In this document: one piece after another, positions 48,741-59,085 of the stretch
Numbering within the stretch: position 1 is the stretch's first letter
How the letters are laid out: every line of letters begins with the position of its first letter
Source: Candidatus Eiseniibacteriota bacterium
GTDB taxonomy: Bacteria; Eisenbacteria; RBG-16-71-46; CAVPCR01
NCBI GenBank assembly: GCA_963823555.1
Contig: CAWGMA010000002.1
Location: 64,001-128,000, forward strand
Reading direction: 5' to 3'
Length of the DNA: 64,000 bases
Program-made: the position numbers and the translations under genes
Notes under the pieces: model-generated
What the model was told of the DNA's origin: nothing
The model's input: the letters and a program-made list of their open reading frames with translations, nothing else
Databases searched by the model: none

Positions 48741-50018
48741 TCAGGGCACCAGAGCCGGGGGCGGCGCGAAGCCTGCAACTCCCAAGCGCAGCATGATGTC
48801 TCCCCCCCCCGCTCCGGTGTCGACCCAGGACACCGCCACTCGCCCGGCCGTATCCGTGGCCACCATGACGCCCTCCACCGGGCCCACGCTCCCGATGCTG
48901 AGCGGCCGGGCAGGCGAAAACGCGCTCTCACCCGGAGACAAGCTCGCGACCATGACTCGCGGCAAGCCACCTTCGGAAGAGGGTTCGCCGCGCTCGATCC
49001 AGGCGACGTGAACGCCGCCCCACGGATCCACGGCCATGGATGGGTGCTCGGCCACGGTTCCCGCAGGCGAGACCGCCAGCGCGCGGTCGAATCCGCCTGC
49101 CCTGCGTCTCCGGGCCAGCACGCGTGCTTCGGTGCCGTCCGTTTCGCTCCAGACCACCCACACGTCCTCGCCCGCGGCCGCGAGAACCGGCGCCCCGGCG
49201 AACCAACCCGCCTCTCCCTGTGAGACCGTCTCCGGCATTCCGAAGCTGCCTCCCGGGTCCAGGGCCGCGTACATGACCGCATTTCCCCGGCTCTGCGCCC
49301 GCTGCCACGCCACGTGCACCGTCCCCTCGGCGGAGCAGGCGATGTCGGGACTGAAGGCGCTCTCGCCATTTCCCGTGGCGAGATTGCGGGTCGAGTCCCA
49401 GCCAGCAGGGGTGAAGCGACGGTAGACGAGTCCGGGCTTGGTGGACTCGATCACGGACCACACCACATGCAGGCGGCCTTCGAGGTCGAGAGCTGCGGCC
49501 GGGTCGGCCACGCTACGCGCCACAGGCGAAACCGCTTCGACTTCACTGCTGATCCCGGTGGTCAAATCGAGACGAAACGTCATCACCTGCCGGGAGTCGG
49601 CTGTCTGTTCCAGCCAGACCAGATGCAGGACGCGAGCGCGATCGAGCACCGCGGCCGGTTCCGTCGATGGCGCTCCCTCCCAGCGGCCGATCGGCGTGTA
49701 GGCCGAGTCCCATCCGGTGCCGGCGAGGTAGCGGCAGCTGGCGAGTTCATGGGCGATCCCCTCGGTGTGGGGGAGGTTCTCGACCCAGATCACGAACACG
49801 GAACCCGCCGGGTCGAGGACGAGGGACCGCGGGCTCACGCGAGCCGGGCGGGACACGCCAGGGGATCGCGACACGTTCACCGGTGTCCGGAAGAAGGCCC
49901 CGCTCCCACCGGTCTGAGCGTTGCCGGCGTTCGCCCGCGTGACCAGAACCAGCACGGTGGCAACGAGCAGGATGCGGAGGAGCACGATGAACGGTCGGGG
50001 CATGCGGGGGAAAGTCAT
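48741..50018 (-). CDS. Secreted beta-propeller-like repeat protein
   Basis: Signal peptide; repeated P...D..G..H[VL][VA]W blades. Confidence 0.7.
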   Translation of the reverse strand: MTFPRMPRPFIVLLRILLVATVLVLVTRANAGNAQTGGSGAFFRTPVNVSRSPGVSRPARVSPRSLVLDPAGSVFVIWVENLPHTEGIAHELASCRYLAGTGWDSAYTPIGRWEGAPSTEPAAVLDRARVLHLVWLEQTADSRQVMTFRLDLTTGISSEVEAVSPVARSVADPAAALDLEGRLHVVWSVIESTKPGLVYRRFTPAGWDSTRNLATGNGESAFSPDIACSAEGTVHVAWQRAQSRGNAVMYAALDPGGSFGMPETVSQGEAGWFAGAPVLAAAGEDVWVVWSETDGTEARVLARRRRAGGFDRALAVSPAGTVAEHPSMAVDPWGGVHVAWIERGEPSSEGGLPRVMVASLSPGESAFSPARPLSIGSVGPVEGVMVATDTAGRVAVSWVDTGAGGGDIMLRLGVAGFAPPPALVP

Positions 50019-50149
50019 GCTGTTCCGAGGATCATCGCAGGATCGTCCAGGAGCGAATTGAGGTGACTGGCGGCTGCAGTACCCGTGGATTCCGGACTGT
50101 AGCACGGGGCGGAGGAGGCCGAGAGCGGGAAGATGGCAGGCAGCGACCG

Positions 50150-51736
50150 TCAGGCTGCGGGGCGATTCTCGTCCACCGTGTCGCTCGGATCCGAACCTTC
50201 CGCTTCGCCGGCGGGCCCGGGCTGGCCGAGACCGGGGAGCGCACGGATCAGCGCGCCGCTGACCGGTTCGCGCAGGTAGAGACCTGACTGGCGGAAGGGA
50301 AGCCAGAGGAGTGTCGAGGTCGCTGTCTCCACACGTCCAGTGTCGAGGAGACGGGCGAATGTCTTGGCATCCGTGCTGGCCAGGGATCCCACGAAGACCC
50401 ACGCCAGGCGAGCGGCGTCTTCCCGGCTCAGGGTCACGCCGGGAATGACGAGGCCGGACTCGGCGGCCTGCCGTCGATCCAGGATCTCCGTCCCCGGCGC
50501 CGCGGTCTCGTATCCCGGGTGGGCCTTGGTCAGGTGAACGCCGAGATGACTCAGGCGCTCCACCTGTCTGGCTTCGAATGCCGGCACGTAGACGGTCAGG
50601 AACTGGTCGATGCCGTCCGGCGAGGCAGGGGTGGGCGGGATGCCAGCCAGCGGGCCGACGCCACGGGTGATCACTTCCAGACGCCAGAACGGGAGATAGG
50701 TGGATCCCGGTCCCGCGGCCTTGGTGTCGGCGACCAGCGTCTTCACCTCACGCAGAGCCTCGCCCGTCACTTCCCACGCCTTGCCGCAAGAAGTACAGTG
50801 GTGGACGGTGACATCCGGCTCCAGGTCGAGATCGTCTGAGCAGCCCGGGCAAAGGCGAGGCAGGAAGAGGCCGGTCGATCGGCCGCCCGGTGACTCCGGC
50901 GCCGTCTCCGGCTGGGCTCCGGCCGGCATCCGGTCCACGCTCGGTTCGCTGCGGGTTGTGGGTGCCGGGGAGGCATCGCGGTGCGCGATGACCTCGCCGA
51001 GCACACCGTCGACGATCACCTCCCGCGCCTCGTCACGGAAGCGGTAATCGAGGCAGAAGAACGGGAGGTAGACGAGCAGGAGCTCCTCGCCGACGAACGA
51101 CATCCGGCGCCGGACCACCGGCGTGTTGCGCGGGACTGAGCGGCCCTCGACCTCAGCCAGCGCGAAGTTGCGGGCGAGCTCGGAGTCGACGGTCACCGGC
51201 TCGACCTGTGCGCCCGTCGCCACCTGTGCGGTCAGCGGATAGGCGGTGAGAATGCCCGGGCGAGGCGGCAGATCATCGGGACTCAGAGAGGCCGTGGATG
51301 CCGGGATCAGGAGATCGAAGCTCTGCACGCGCAGATCCCTGAACTCATCGGCGCTGCTCCCGGGCAGCGAGTGGCGCCGACCGGCAATCCACTGGAACGT
51401 CTTGGCGCGGTAGCGCCAGTAGGGGAGGAGCAGCCAGCGCCCGTCACCGACCTGGGTGGCGCGGTGGGCGCCGCTGCGCAGGAAGCCACGGGCCTGGCGG
51501 CGGGCCTCGAGGGCGTCGATGAGCGGGGCCACGACGGCCGCGAAGGGAAATCTGCGGCGAGCCAAGAGGTAGCGCTCGTTGCAGTCGGCGCAGGTGGCGG
51601 CCGCCGCCCCCTCTTCGATGGCAAGCCAGGCCTGACAGAGAGGACAGCTGGCGATCAGCTTCAGATCGAGCCCGGTTCGCGTGCCGGGCCGTGGCCGCTC
51701 TTCCCGCCGGATTCTCATGTTCCCTTGATCGGCCAT
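50150..51736 (-). CDS. Zinc-ribbon protein with duplicated architecture
   Basis: CPLC/CADC and CPGC/CTSC pairs, each followed by LP[YF]W...LPF segments. Confidence 0.65.
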   Translation of the reverse strand: MADQGNMRIRREERPRPGTRTGLDLKLIASCPLCQAWLAIEEGAAAATCADCNERYLLARRRFPFAAVVAPLIDALEARRQARGFLRSGAHRATQVGDGRWLLLPYWRYRAKTFQWIAGRRHSLPGSSADEFRDLRVQSFDLLIPASTASLSPDDLPPRPGILTAYPLTAQVATGAQVEPVTVDSELARNFALAEVEGRSVPRNTPVVRRRMSFVGEELLLVYLPFFCLDYRFRDEAREVIVDGVLGEVIAHRDASPAPTTRSEPSVDRMPAGAQPETAPESPGGRSTGLFLPRLCPGCSDDLDLEPDVTVHHCTSCGKAWEVTGEALREVKTLVADTKAAGPGSTYLPFWRLEVITRGVGPLAGIPPTPASPDGIDQFLTVYVPAFEARQVERLSHLGVHLTKAHPGYETAAPGTEILDRRQAAESGLVIPGVTLSREDAARLAWVFVGSLASTDAKTFARLLDTGRVETATSTLLWLPFRQSGLYLREPVSGALIRALPGLGQPGPAGEAEGSDPSDTVDENRPAA

Positions 51737-51822
51737 TTGCCCCCGCGGCTTGAGGGGAGGGTGGCCTGGCGCTCGGCTCCCCGGCCTTCTTCTTCAGCGA
51801 CAAGCCGTTGGCGGGGCCTGGT

Positions 51823-51851
51823 TTGACCCGCTGCTGGGGGTTCCGTAGGAT
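51823..51851 (+). promoter_or_regulatory. sigma70 promoter, leaderless start
   Basis: TTGACC-17-TAGGAT-6nt-ATG(51858). Confidence 0.6.
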
Positions 51852-51857
51852 AACGCC

Positions 51858-53249
51858 ATGGAAGCCAGGGGCCTCGAGCCTGGAGCGGAGCGGGCAACCG
51901 TCCTCGTGGCGACGGCCCGGGACAAGGCGGAGGAGCGGCGGCTGGTCGAGCTCCTCACCGATCAGGGCTACGAGATCGTGACCGCCGCCGACGGGGAAGC
52001 CGCCCTCAATGCGCTCGACTCGGCCCACGTCGATGCGGTCATTGCCGACGCCAGGATGCATCGCATCGACGGCCTCAATCTCCTCGATCGCGTCATGCAC
52101 CGCGATCCGGAGATCTGTTTCATCCTGATCTCCGAGAAGGCCGACGTGGATCTCGCCACCGAGACCATCCGCCGCGGCGCTCACGACTTCCAGGTCACCC
52201 CGCTCGATCATGACCGGCTGCTCGCGGTACTGAAACGAGGCATTTCCCACCAGCGCCTGCGCCAGCGCATCACCAAGCTCGAGACTCGGCTCGAGCGCAA
52301 GTTCGGCTTCCAGAACCTGACCGGCAACTCGGGGGCCATGGCCGCGGTCTTCGACAAGATCCAGCAGATCGCTCCGACGCGTGCCACCGTGCTCATCACC
52401 GGCGAGACCGGCACGGGGAAGGAGCTGGTGGCCAGCGCCCTCCATTTCAACAGCCCGCGACGTAACGAACCCCTGGTCAAGCTCAACTGCGCGGCGCTCG
52501 CCGAGGGCGTGATCGAGTCCGAGCTCTTCGGACATGAGCAGGGCGCGTTCACGAGCGCGATCCGGACCCGGAAGGGACGTTTCGAGATCGCCGACGGCGG
52601 CACGTTCTTCCTGGACGAGATTACCGAGATCACGCCGCCCATTCAGGCCAAGCTCCTGCGCGTGCTGCAGGAGCGGGAGTTCGAGCGGGTCGGCGGCGCG
52701 CACACCTTCCGCGTCGATGTGCGGCTGATCGCCGCCACCAACCGCAACCTCGAGGCCGAGGTGAAGAGCGGTCGGTTTCGCGAGGATCTCTACTACCGGC
52801 TCAATGTCGTCACCATCAACCTGCCGCCTCTACGCAGCCGCCGCGATGACATCCCGCTCCTCGTCGAGGCGTTCATCCGCGAGTTCAACGAGGAACACGG
52901 AAAGCAGGTGCGCGGTGTGAGCAAGGGAGCGATGGATCTCCTCAGGCGCCATCCCTGGCCGGGGAATGTGCGCGAGCTCAAGAACGCCATCGAGGGCATG
53001 GTCCTGTTCGCCCAGCCGGGCCAGCTCCTCGGGGTGGACGATCTGCCCGAGTTCCTCCGCGAGGCGGAACCGACGGATCCCGGGGAGACGGTGCCGGTGC
53101 GGGTCGGGATGACGATCGGGGAAGCGGAGCGGCGGCTCATTGCCGCCACCTACCGCGCCGCGGGGGGCAACAAGCGCCGGGCCGCGGCCACTCTCGGCAT
53201 CGGGCTGCGCACGCTCTATCGCAAGCTCAAGGAGTACGATCTCGAATGA
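51858..53249 (+). CDS. sigma54-dependent response regulator (NtrC/AtoC family)
   Basis: Receiver domain; [34 protein letters not shown]; Fis-type HTH. Confidence 0.92.
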   Translation: MEARGLEPGAERATVLVATARDKAEERRLVELLTDQGYEIVTAADGEAALNALDSAHVDAVIADARMHRIDGLNLLDRVMHRDPEICFILISEKADVDLATETIRRGAHDFQVTPLDHDRLLAVLKRGISHQRLRQRITKLETRLERKFGFQNLTGNSGAMAAVFDKIQQIAPTRATVLITGETGTGKELVASALHFNSPRRNEPLVKLNCAALAEGVIESELFGHEQGAFTSAIRTRKGRFEIADGGTFFLDEITEITPPIQAKLLRVLQEREFERVGGAHTFRVDVRLIAATNRNLEAEVKSGRFREDLYYRLNVVTINLPPLRSRRDDIPLLVEAFIREFNEEHGKQVRGVSKGAMDLLRRHPWPGNVRELKNAIEGMVLFAQPGQLLGVDDLPEFLREAEPTDPGETVPVRVGMTIGEAERRLIAATYRAAGGNKRRAAATLGIGLRTLYRKLKEYDLE

Positions 53250-53287
53250 GGATGGGCGCGGAGGAACGCCGCGCCGGAGGGAGACAC

Positions 53288-53746
53288 ATGGCCAAGGCGC
53301 GCATCATCGTCGGCGCGGATCACCGCGGGGTGGAGCTCAAGGCCAGGATCGTGCCCTGGCTCCGCGAGCAGGGCTACCAAGTCGAGGACATCGGGACCGA
53401 TTCGACCGAATCGGTGGACTATCCACCCCTCGCCTTCCAGGTCGGCGAAGCCGTGGGGAGCGGGCGGGCGGATCGTGGCATCTTGATCTGTCATTCCGGG
53501 AACGGCATCGCCATCGCCGCCAACAAGGTGAAGGGAGTGCGAGCTGCGATCTGCATGAACCCCGAGCACGCCGAGATGTCCCGGCGCCACAACGACGCCA
53601 ACGTGCTCGTTCTCGGTCAGGACTACATCCAGCCCGCAAGCGAGCGGGCGATCCTCACCGCCTGGCTCGAAGGCCCCTTCGACGGCGGTCGCCACGCCCG
53701 TCGGGTCGGCCAGATCGCCGAGTACGAGGCCCAGCACGTGCGCTGA
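53288..53746 (+). CDS. rpiB: Ribose-5-phosphate isomerase B
   Basis: GADHRG, SVDYP, ICHSGNG, ANKVKGVRAA, RHNDANVL, FDGGRH. Confidence 0.93.
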   Translation: MAKARIIVGADHRGVELKARIVPWLREQGYQVEDIGTDSTESVDYPPLAFQVGEAVGSGRADRGILICHSGNGIAIAANKVKGVRAAICMNPEHAEMSRRHNDANVLVLGQDYIQPASERAILTAWLEGPFDGGRHARRVGQIAEYEAQHVR

Positions 53747-53769
53747 GGCGTGCCGGCAATGGCTGAGCG

Positions 53770-56394
53770 CTAGCGGTCGACGGCCACCTTGCGGATCCGG
53801 GCGATGCCATCCGCCTCGAGGCGCACCAGGTAGAGCCCGCGAGCGACCGCGACGCCGCTGGCGTTCCGCCCGTCCCAGCGTGCCTCGTGGTTCCCGGCGG
53901 CGAGCCGTCCTTGCACGAGCTCGCGCACGAAGCGTCCCTGGACGTCGTAGACGCAGACCCGGACCTCGGCATCCCGGGGCAGGTCGAAGCCGAGGCTCGT
54001 GCCTTCGCGCGCGGGATTGGGTACCGCCGGGAAGAGCCGCGGTGCCGCCGCCGGCGCACCGGCCGCCACCTCGATGCCGGCCGCCGCACCGAGATCGTAG
54101 GTGAACATCGACCGGCCGTAGGTCGCGGCCGTCAACACGCGTGTCGGCTGATGGAGCTTGAGCGCCGACACCACGACGTTGGGCAGGTCGGTGCCGAGAG
54201 CGGACCATGAACCACCGGTGTCGTTCGTCGAGTACACGCCGACATCGGTGGCGACATAGAGCGCTGCCGGGTCTTCGGGGTCGACGACCAGGTCGTTGAC
54301 CGGCGCCTCGGGCAGGTTCGAGCTGATCGGGTTCCAGGTCGCCCCGAAGTCGGTGGTGCGGTAGACGTGCGGCAGGGGATCATCATCCCGGAAGCCGGAG
54401 AGGGTGGCGTAGGCGATCGCCGCCGAAGTGGGGTCCACCGCCACCCGTGTCACCCAGCGCTCGGGAAGCACCGCGTCGATACGTGTCCAGTTCCCGCCGG
54501 CATTCTGCGTCACCCAGACGTTGGCGTCGTCGGTGCCGGCATAGAGGACGAGCGGATCGCTCGGTGCCACGGCGATCGTGGTGATCGTGGCATAGACGAC
54601 GCCGCCCTGCCCGGGCACGCCATCGGTCAGATCCGGAGAGATCGCCGACCACGAGACCGCGCGGTTCACGCTCCGATACACGCGCTGGGAACCGTAGTAG
54701 AGGATCGATGGGTCGTTCGGGTCGAGCACCACTGGAGTCGACCAGTTCTTGCGGTCGCCGCTGGGAATGCCGCTCGTGGCGCTCGTGAACGAGAGCCCGC
54801 CATTGGTCGAGCGTCCCAGGCCCCCGTACTGGTATTCGGCGTAGATGTAGTTGTTGTTCCCCGGGTCGACGTTCACGTAGAAGCCGTCGCCACCATAGAT
54901 CTGGGACCAGTCGGAGGCGGACCCGGTGAGGGTCCGGTTGGTGCCGTTGTCCTGCGTGCCGCCGTACCGCCGGTGCGGGAGCTGGTAGTCGACATCCAGC
55001 GTGTAGAACTGGGTGATCGGCAGACCGTTCAGCTCGGTCCAGGTGCCGGCGCCGTTCAGCGTCACATAGAGCCCCCCGTCGTTCCCCTCGTAGAAGACTT
55101 GCCCGGCATCGGTGGGGGCGAACTCCATCGCGTGGTGGTCCACGTGCATGTTGGAGCCGTTGATAGACCATGACGCGCCGCCGTTCGTCGAGCGATAGAA
55201 GTCGAGCCCGAGGACGTACACGCGATCGGGATTCGTGGGCTCGACCCGGATGTTCCCGAACCACCAACCGTAAGTGGCATAGGCGCTCGTGAGCGCGGAA
55301 TCGTTGGTGCGGGTCCAGCTGTCGCCGCCGTCCGTGGTCTTGTAGACGCCGGCGAAGTTACCGATCTGGTCGGCGTAGATGGCGTAGAGGACGAGGGGGT
55401 TGGCCGCGCACAGCGCCAGCCCGATGCGACCGTTGACCGCGGCCGGGGAGGGCAGACCGCCGCCGAGAATGGCCCAGCTGTCACCGCCGTCCGTCGAGCG
55501 GTAGATGGCGCTCGTGGGGCCGCCATAGCGGCGCATGTTCGGCCGGCGGATCCGCTCCCAGGTGGCGGCGTAGACCCTGAGTGGGTTCGCGGGGTCGATG
55601 ACGAGATCGATGGCTCCGGTCGAGTCCGTGACGGCGAGGACGTGCTGCCAGGTGGCGCCGGCATCGGACGAGCGAAAGATGCCGCGCTCGGGATTGGTCG
55701 AGAAGAGGCTGCCCAGGGCGGCGACGAAGACGCGATCCGGATTCGCCGGGTCGACGACCACGCGGCCGATGTAGCGGGTCGCCGCGAGGCCCATGTGAGT
55801 CCACGTGGCCCCGCCGTTCGTCGTCTTGTAGATGCCGTTGCCGCCGTAGGTGACGCTGCCGCCACCGCCGTTCGGTTCGCCGGTGCCGACATAGAGAATG
55901 TCGCCGTCATCGGGGTCGACGGCGAGGTCGCCGATCGAGAGGGTCTCTTGCTGGTCGAAGAGCGGAGTCCAGGAGACGCCGCCGTCGGTGGTCTTCAGCA
56001 CGCCGCCCTCGGCGGCGCCGACGTAGACCGTGAGCGGATCGTGCGGGTCGATGGCGAGGTCGGCGATGCGGCCGCCGATGTTGATCGGTCCGACCGGGTC
56101 CCAGGCCACTGCGTTATCCGGGACTTCGGCCTTGAGGCTGGCGGCCTCGGCCCGCATGCGAGCGAGGTCGGCGGGATCGATCTCCGCGTGCGGGTAGGCA
56201 CGCTGCGCGAAGAACCAGTCGCTGGGTGCGGTCCCTTCCTCCTCCTCTTCCTCTCCGGCGCGTTCGCCGGCATCGTCGCGGTCGAGTCGCCGATCGACCG
56301 GCATGAACCGCTCGGCGATCAGGATCCCGGCCACGGGGAGGAAGATGATGAGAAGCAGGAGGATGATTCGGCGAACGGTCTGCGGAGAGAGCAT
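53770..56394 (-). CDS. BNR/Asp-box (VPS10/GH74-like) repeat protein with FlgD-Ig/T9SS-like CTD
   Basis: GP.NIGGRI, many [ST]xDGGxxW repeats, GGTQDNG, ATYGRS; CTD PNP...YDVQGRFV...WDGRN...GLYLVRL. Confidence 0.85.
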   Translation of the reverse strand: MLSPQTVRRIILLLLIIFLPVAGILIAERFMPVDRRLDRDDAGERAGEEEEEEGTAPSDWFFAQRAYPHAEIDPADLARMRAEAASLKAEVPDNAVAWDPVGPINIGGRIADLAIDPHDPLTVYVGAAEGGVLKTTDGGVSWTPLFDQQETLSIGDLAVDPDDGDILYVGTGEPNGGGGSVTYGGNGIYKTTNGGATWTHMGLAATRYIGRVVVDPANPDRVFVAALGSLFSTNPERGIFRSSDAGATWQHVLAVTDSTGAIDLVIDPANPLRVYAATWERIRRPNMRRYGGPTSAIYRSTDGGDSWAILGGGLPSPAAVNGRIGLALCAANPLVLYAIYADQIGNFAGVYKTTDGGDSWTRTNDSALTSAYATYGWWFGNIRVEPTNPDRVYVLGLDFYRSTNGGASWSINGSNMHVDHHAMEFAPTDAGQVFYEGNDGGLYVTLNGAGTWTELNGLPITQFYTLDVDYQLPHRRYGGTQDNGTNRTLTGSASDWSQIYGGDGFYVNVDPGNNNYIYAEYQYGGLGRSTNGGLSFTSATSGIPSGDRKNWSTPVVLDPNDPSILYYGSQRVYRSVNRAVSWSAISPDLTDGVPGQGGVVYATITTIAVAPSDPLVLYAGTDDANVWVTQNAGGNWTRIDAVLPERWVTRVAVDPTSAAIAYATLSGFRDDDPLPHVYRTTDFGATWNPISSNLPEAPVNDLVVDPEDPAALYVATDVGVYSTNDTGGSWSALGTDLPNVVVSALKLHQPTRVLTAATYGRSMFTYDLGAAAGIEVAAGAPAAAPRLFPAVPNPAREGTSLGFDLPRDAEVRVCVYDVQGRFVRELVQGRLAAGNHEARWDGRNASGVAVARGLYLVRLEADGIARIRKVAVDR

Positions 56395-56506
56395 TGGGTG
56401 AGTCCTTCGCGAGGGTGATGCGGGTCAGCTCCCGTCCATTGTAGCGCGGATCCCCGTGGGGTGTCCAAAGCGGAGGCGCGCGCGCGATCGGTGCGCGGCA
56501 TCCCGT

Positions 56507-57427
56507 TCAATCGGCAGCGCGATCAGGCGGAGGGCGAAATCGCTCCTCGAGCTCTTCCAGCGTTCGCGGCCAGTCCCCCCGGAGCAAGCGCGAGAACGCC
56601 CGATCCGCGAGCAACCGGCCTCCGGTCTGGCAGGTGGCGCAGTAGTGGGCCTCGCTCGCGGCATAGGCGATCCGTTGCACCGGGGAGCCGCACACCGGGC
56701 AGGGCTTCCGGTAACGGCCGTGCACCGCCATCTGCGGGTGAAAGGCGGTGACCTTGTCCGGGAACCCATCGCCCACTTCCGACCCCAGGCGTTCGATCCA
56801 CTCGCGGAGAGTCTCCTGGGCAGCTCGGTGCAGCGCCGAGATCTCCTCCTCGTTCAGACGCTGCGTGAGCTTCACCGGGGAGAGGCGGGCCCGATGCAGG
56901 ATCTCGTCGGAGTAGGCGTTGCCGATGCCGCTGAACAGCCGGGGATCGGTGAGCGCGCGCTTGAGGGTGTGGTTCTCGGCGTGCAGCGCGGCGCCGAAGG
57001 CGTCCCGCTCGATCGTGAGCACGTCGAGTCCTCCTGGATCATGGGCGGCGAGCGCCGCCTCCCCGCGGACCAGGTGAATCGAGGCCCGCTTCTTCGTGCT
57101 CGCCTCGGTGATGAGGAGGGTGCCTCGCGGAAAGTCGAAGGCGGCGAGTCCCAGCTTGCGGTTGATGGTCGCGTCGGGAGGTTTCCAGCGCAATCGCCCC
57201 GCGATCATCAGGTGAATGACGACAAAGAGACTCTCCTCGCAGCCGATGACGATCCGCTTGCCGAGTCGGCGCAGTTCGCGCACCCGCTTGCCCGCGACCG
57301 CCTCGATCGGCGGGTCCACCGATTGCAGCACGAAGGGACTCGCGATCCGCACGCGGCAAAGCGGTTCCCCGACGATGCGGGACGCGAGCCGGTCCAGGTA
57401 CACGAGGATGTCGGGGAGTTCGGGCAC
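56507..57427 (-). CDS. Fpg/Nei family DNA glycosylase/AP lyase
   Basis: N-terminal PELP, HLM..GRL, H2TH GIGNAYSDEIL, Zn finger CPVC...CATC. Confidence 0.88.
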   Translation of the reverse strand: MPELPDILVYLDRLASRIVGEPLCRVRIASPFVLQSVDPPIEAVAGKRVRELRRLGKRIVIGCEESLFVVIHLMIAGRLRWKPPDATINRKLGLAAFDFPRGTLLITEASTKKRASIHLVRGEAALAAHDPGGLDVLTIERDAFGAALHAENHTLKRALTDPRLFSGIGNAYSDEILHRARLSPVKLTQRLNEEEISALHRAAQETLREWIERLGSEVGDGFPDKVTAFHPQMAVHGRYRKPCPVCGSPVQRIAYAASEAHYCATCQTGGRLLADRAFSRLLRGDWPRTLEELEERFRPPPDRAAD

Positions 57428-57436
57428 GGTGCGGTC

Positions 57437-58336
57437 CTAGTGCCGGGCCAGAAGGATGGCTACGCCCGCGACGGCGAGCGCGGTGCCAGCCATGGCGCGG
57501 ATGGACGGATGTTCGCCGAAGACGCGTGCCGACAGCGGAATGACGAGAATGGGTGTCATGGCCATGAGCGTGAGCGCCACGCCCGTCTCCGTGAGCTTGA
57601 TGCTGACGAGCGAGAGCCAGACGCCGAGATAGGGACCCAGGATACTCGCCGGAAGCGCCAGGCGGAGGAAACGTCGTTCGCGCATTCGGGGTAGGAGGCG
57701 AGGGAGATGTCCGGAGATGAGGATGGTCAGAGCGAGCGCGGCGGTGGCGCTCGCCATGCGGACCAGGGTCGCCGGCAGCGGGTCGATGGCCTGCATGCCG
57801 CGCTTGGCGAGGATGGCCCCGCCCGCCTGGCACGCCGCTGCCCCGAAGGCGAGCACGAGCCCCAGTCCCCGCCGTCGAGGATGGAAGTTCACGCCTGCGG
57901 GATGGCGCTCCTTGATGACCCAGACCACCCCGCCCAGGGTGGCTGCCATTCCGGCGATGGCCGTGCCCCCGAGTCGTTCACCGAGAAGCACCAGAGCGCC
58001 GACTGCGGACAGGGGTGGAGCCAGGGCCATCATGAGCGAGGCGATGCGGGGACCCAGCCATACGTAGCTCTGGAAGAGGAGGGTGTCGCCGATGGCGAGG
58101 CCGATGAGGCCGGACAGAGCCAGGTCGAGAACCGGGATCCGGCCGGCGCCGGTCGGCCACATCGCTCCGCTGGTCAGCTTGAGCGTGACCGCCAGAAGGG
58201 CGGTGGCGATGAGGGACCGAAAGAGATTGACCGCGAGGGCCGGAATCTGGCGCCCGGCGAGGGTGAAGAGCACGGAGGTCACCGCCCAGATGGCGGCTGT
58301 GGTCAGAGCGGCAACCTCGCCGGCATGTGGAATCAT
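57437..58336 (-). CDS. DMT/EamA family transporter
   Basis: Two EamA repeats, about 10 TMs; GE.AAL..A..WA, SG.IGL.IGD. Confidence 0.88.
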   Translation of the reverse strand: MIPHAGEVAALTTAAIWAVTSVLFTLAGRQIPALAVNLFRSLIATALLAVTLKLTSGAMWPTGAGRIPVLDLALSGLIGLAIGDTLLFQSYVWLGPRIASLMMALAPPLSAVGALVLLGERLGGTAIAGMAATLGGVVWVIKERHPAGVNFHPRRRGLGLVLAFGAAACQAGGAILAKRGMQAIDPLPATLVRMASATAALALTILISGHLPRLLPRMRERRFLRLALPASILGPYLGVWLSLVSIKLTETGVALTLMAMTPILVIPLSARVFGEHPSIRAMAGTALAVAGVAILLARH

Positions 58337-58590
58337 GGACGCTGGGTCGGGAGGGAGGTCCGTGGAAGTGCGAGAACTGCCATTATGGCACTAACGAGAC
58401 CTGGTCCACGTCTTGCTCGACGCCTTGTGAACGGCTTCACTTCCTACTCAATAAAAGACTTGCAAATACCAGTCGACTTTCTCCAGAATTGCCATTTGGG
58501 CGCCAATCGCCCAATCTGCGCCGCTCGCAGACGTGGCGGGTAGCGCTCATGTTCTGGTTTTGCAATATCTTAGGGCAGTGGCCGGGTCGC

Positions 58591-58606
58591 TGGTACGGAA
58601 GCTGCA
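58591..58606 (+). promoter_or_regulatory. Putative sigma54 (-24/-12) promoter upstream of groES
   Basis: TGGTACGGAAGCTGCA, GG-N10-GC spacing. Confidence 0.5.
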
Positions 58607-58785
58607 TTCTCGCTAAGAGACAGTTCGAAGACAATCTGCAGGGCTAGCACCGCCATCGGCTGCCAGGAGCTCCCGGAGGGAGCGCTCGAGCGGCACGGGC
58701 CGGCCGCGCCCCCTGCAGCTTGAAGGACCCCAAGACACCCCCGCCTCGTGCGGGGACTGGCGAGAATGGCACAAGGAGAAGCGAG

Positions 58786-59085
58786 ATGGCCATCAATGTC
58801 CATCCCCTGTCGGATCGGATCCTCGTCAAGCGCCTCGAGGAAGAGGAAATGAAGCGCGGCGGGATCATCATTCCCGACACCGCCAAGGAGAAGCCGCAGC
58901 AGGGTGAGGTCATCGCCGTCGGTCCCGGCCGTTTCGACGAGGACGGCAAGCGGATCCCGATGGAGGTCAAGAAGGGCGACCGCATCCTCATGGGCAAGTA
59001 CTCGGGCACCGAGGTCAAGATCGAAGGCGGCGAGTACGTGATCCTGCGCGAGGACGATGTCCTCGGCATCATCCAGAGCAAGTAA
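58786..59085 (+). CDS. groES: Co-chaperonin GroES
   Basis: AAGGAG RBS; PLSDRILV, GGIIIPDTAKEKP, AVGPG. Confidence 0.97.
   Translation: MAINVHPLSDRILVKRLEEEEMKRGGIIIPDTAKEKPQQGEVIAVGPGRFDEDGKRIPMEVKKGDRILMGKYSGTEVKIEGGEYVILREDDVLGIIQSK

Noticed and set aside
58644..58666. CIRCE-like CTAGCACCG...GGCTGCCAG upstream of groES
   Set aside because: Arms are degenerate and the spacer is 5 nt rather than 9. Not supportable unless assembly deletions are shown.
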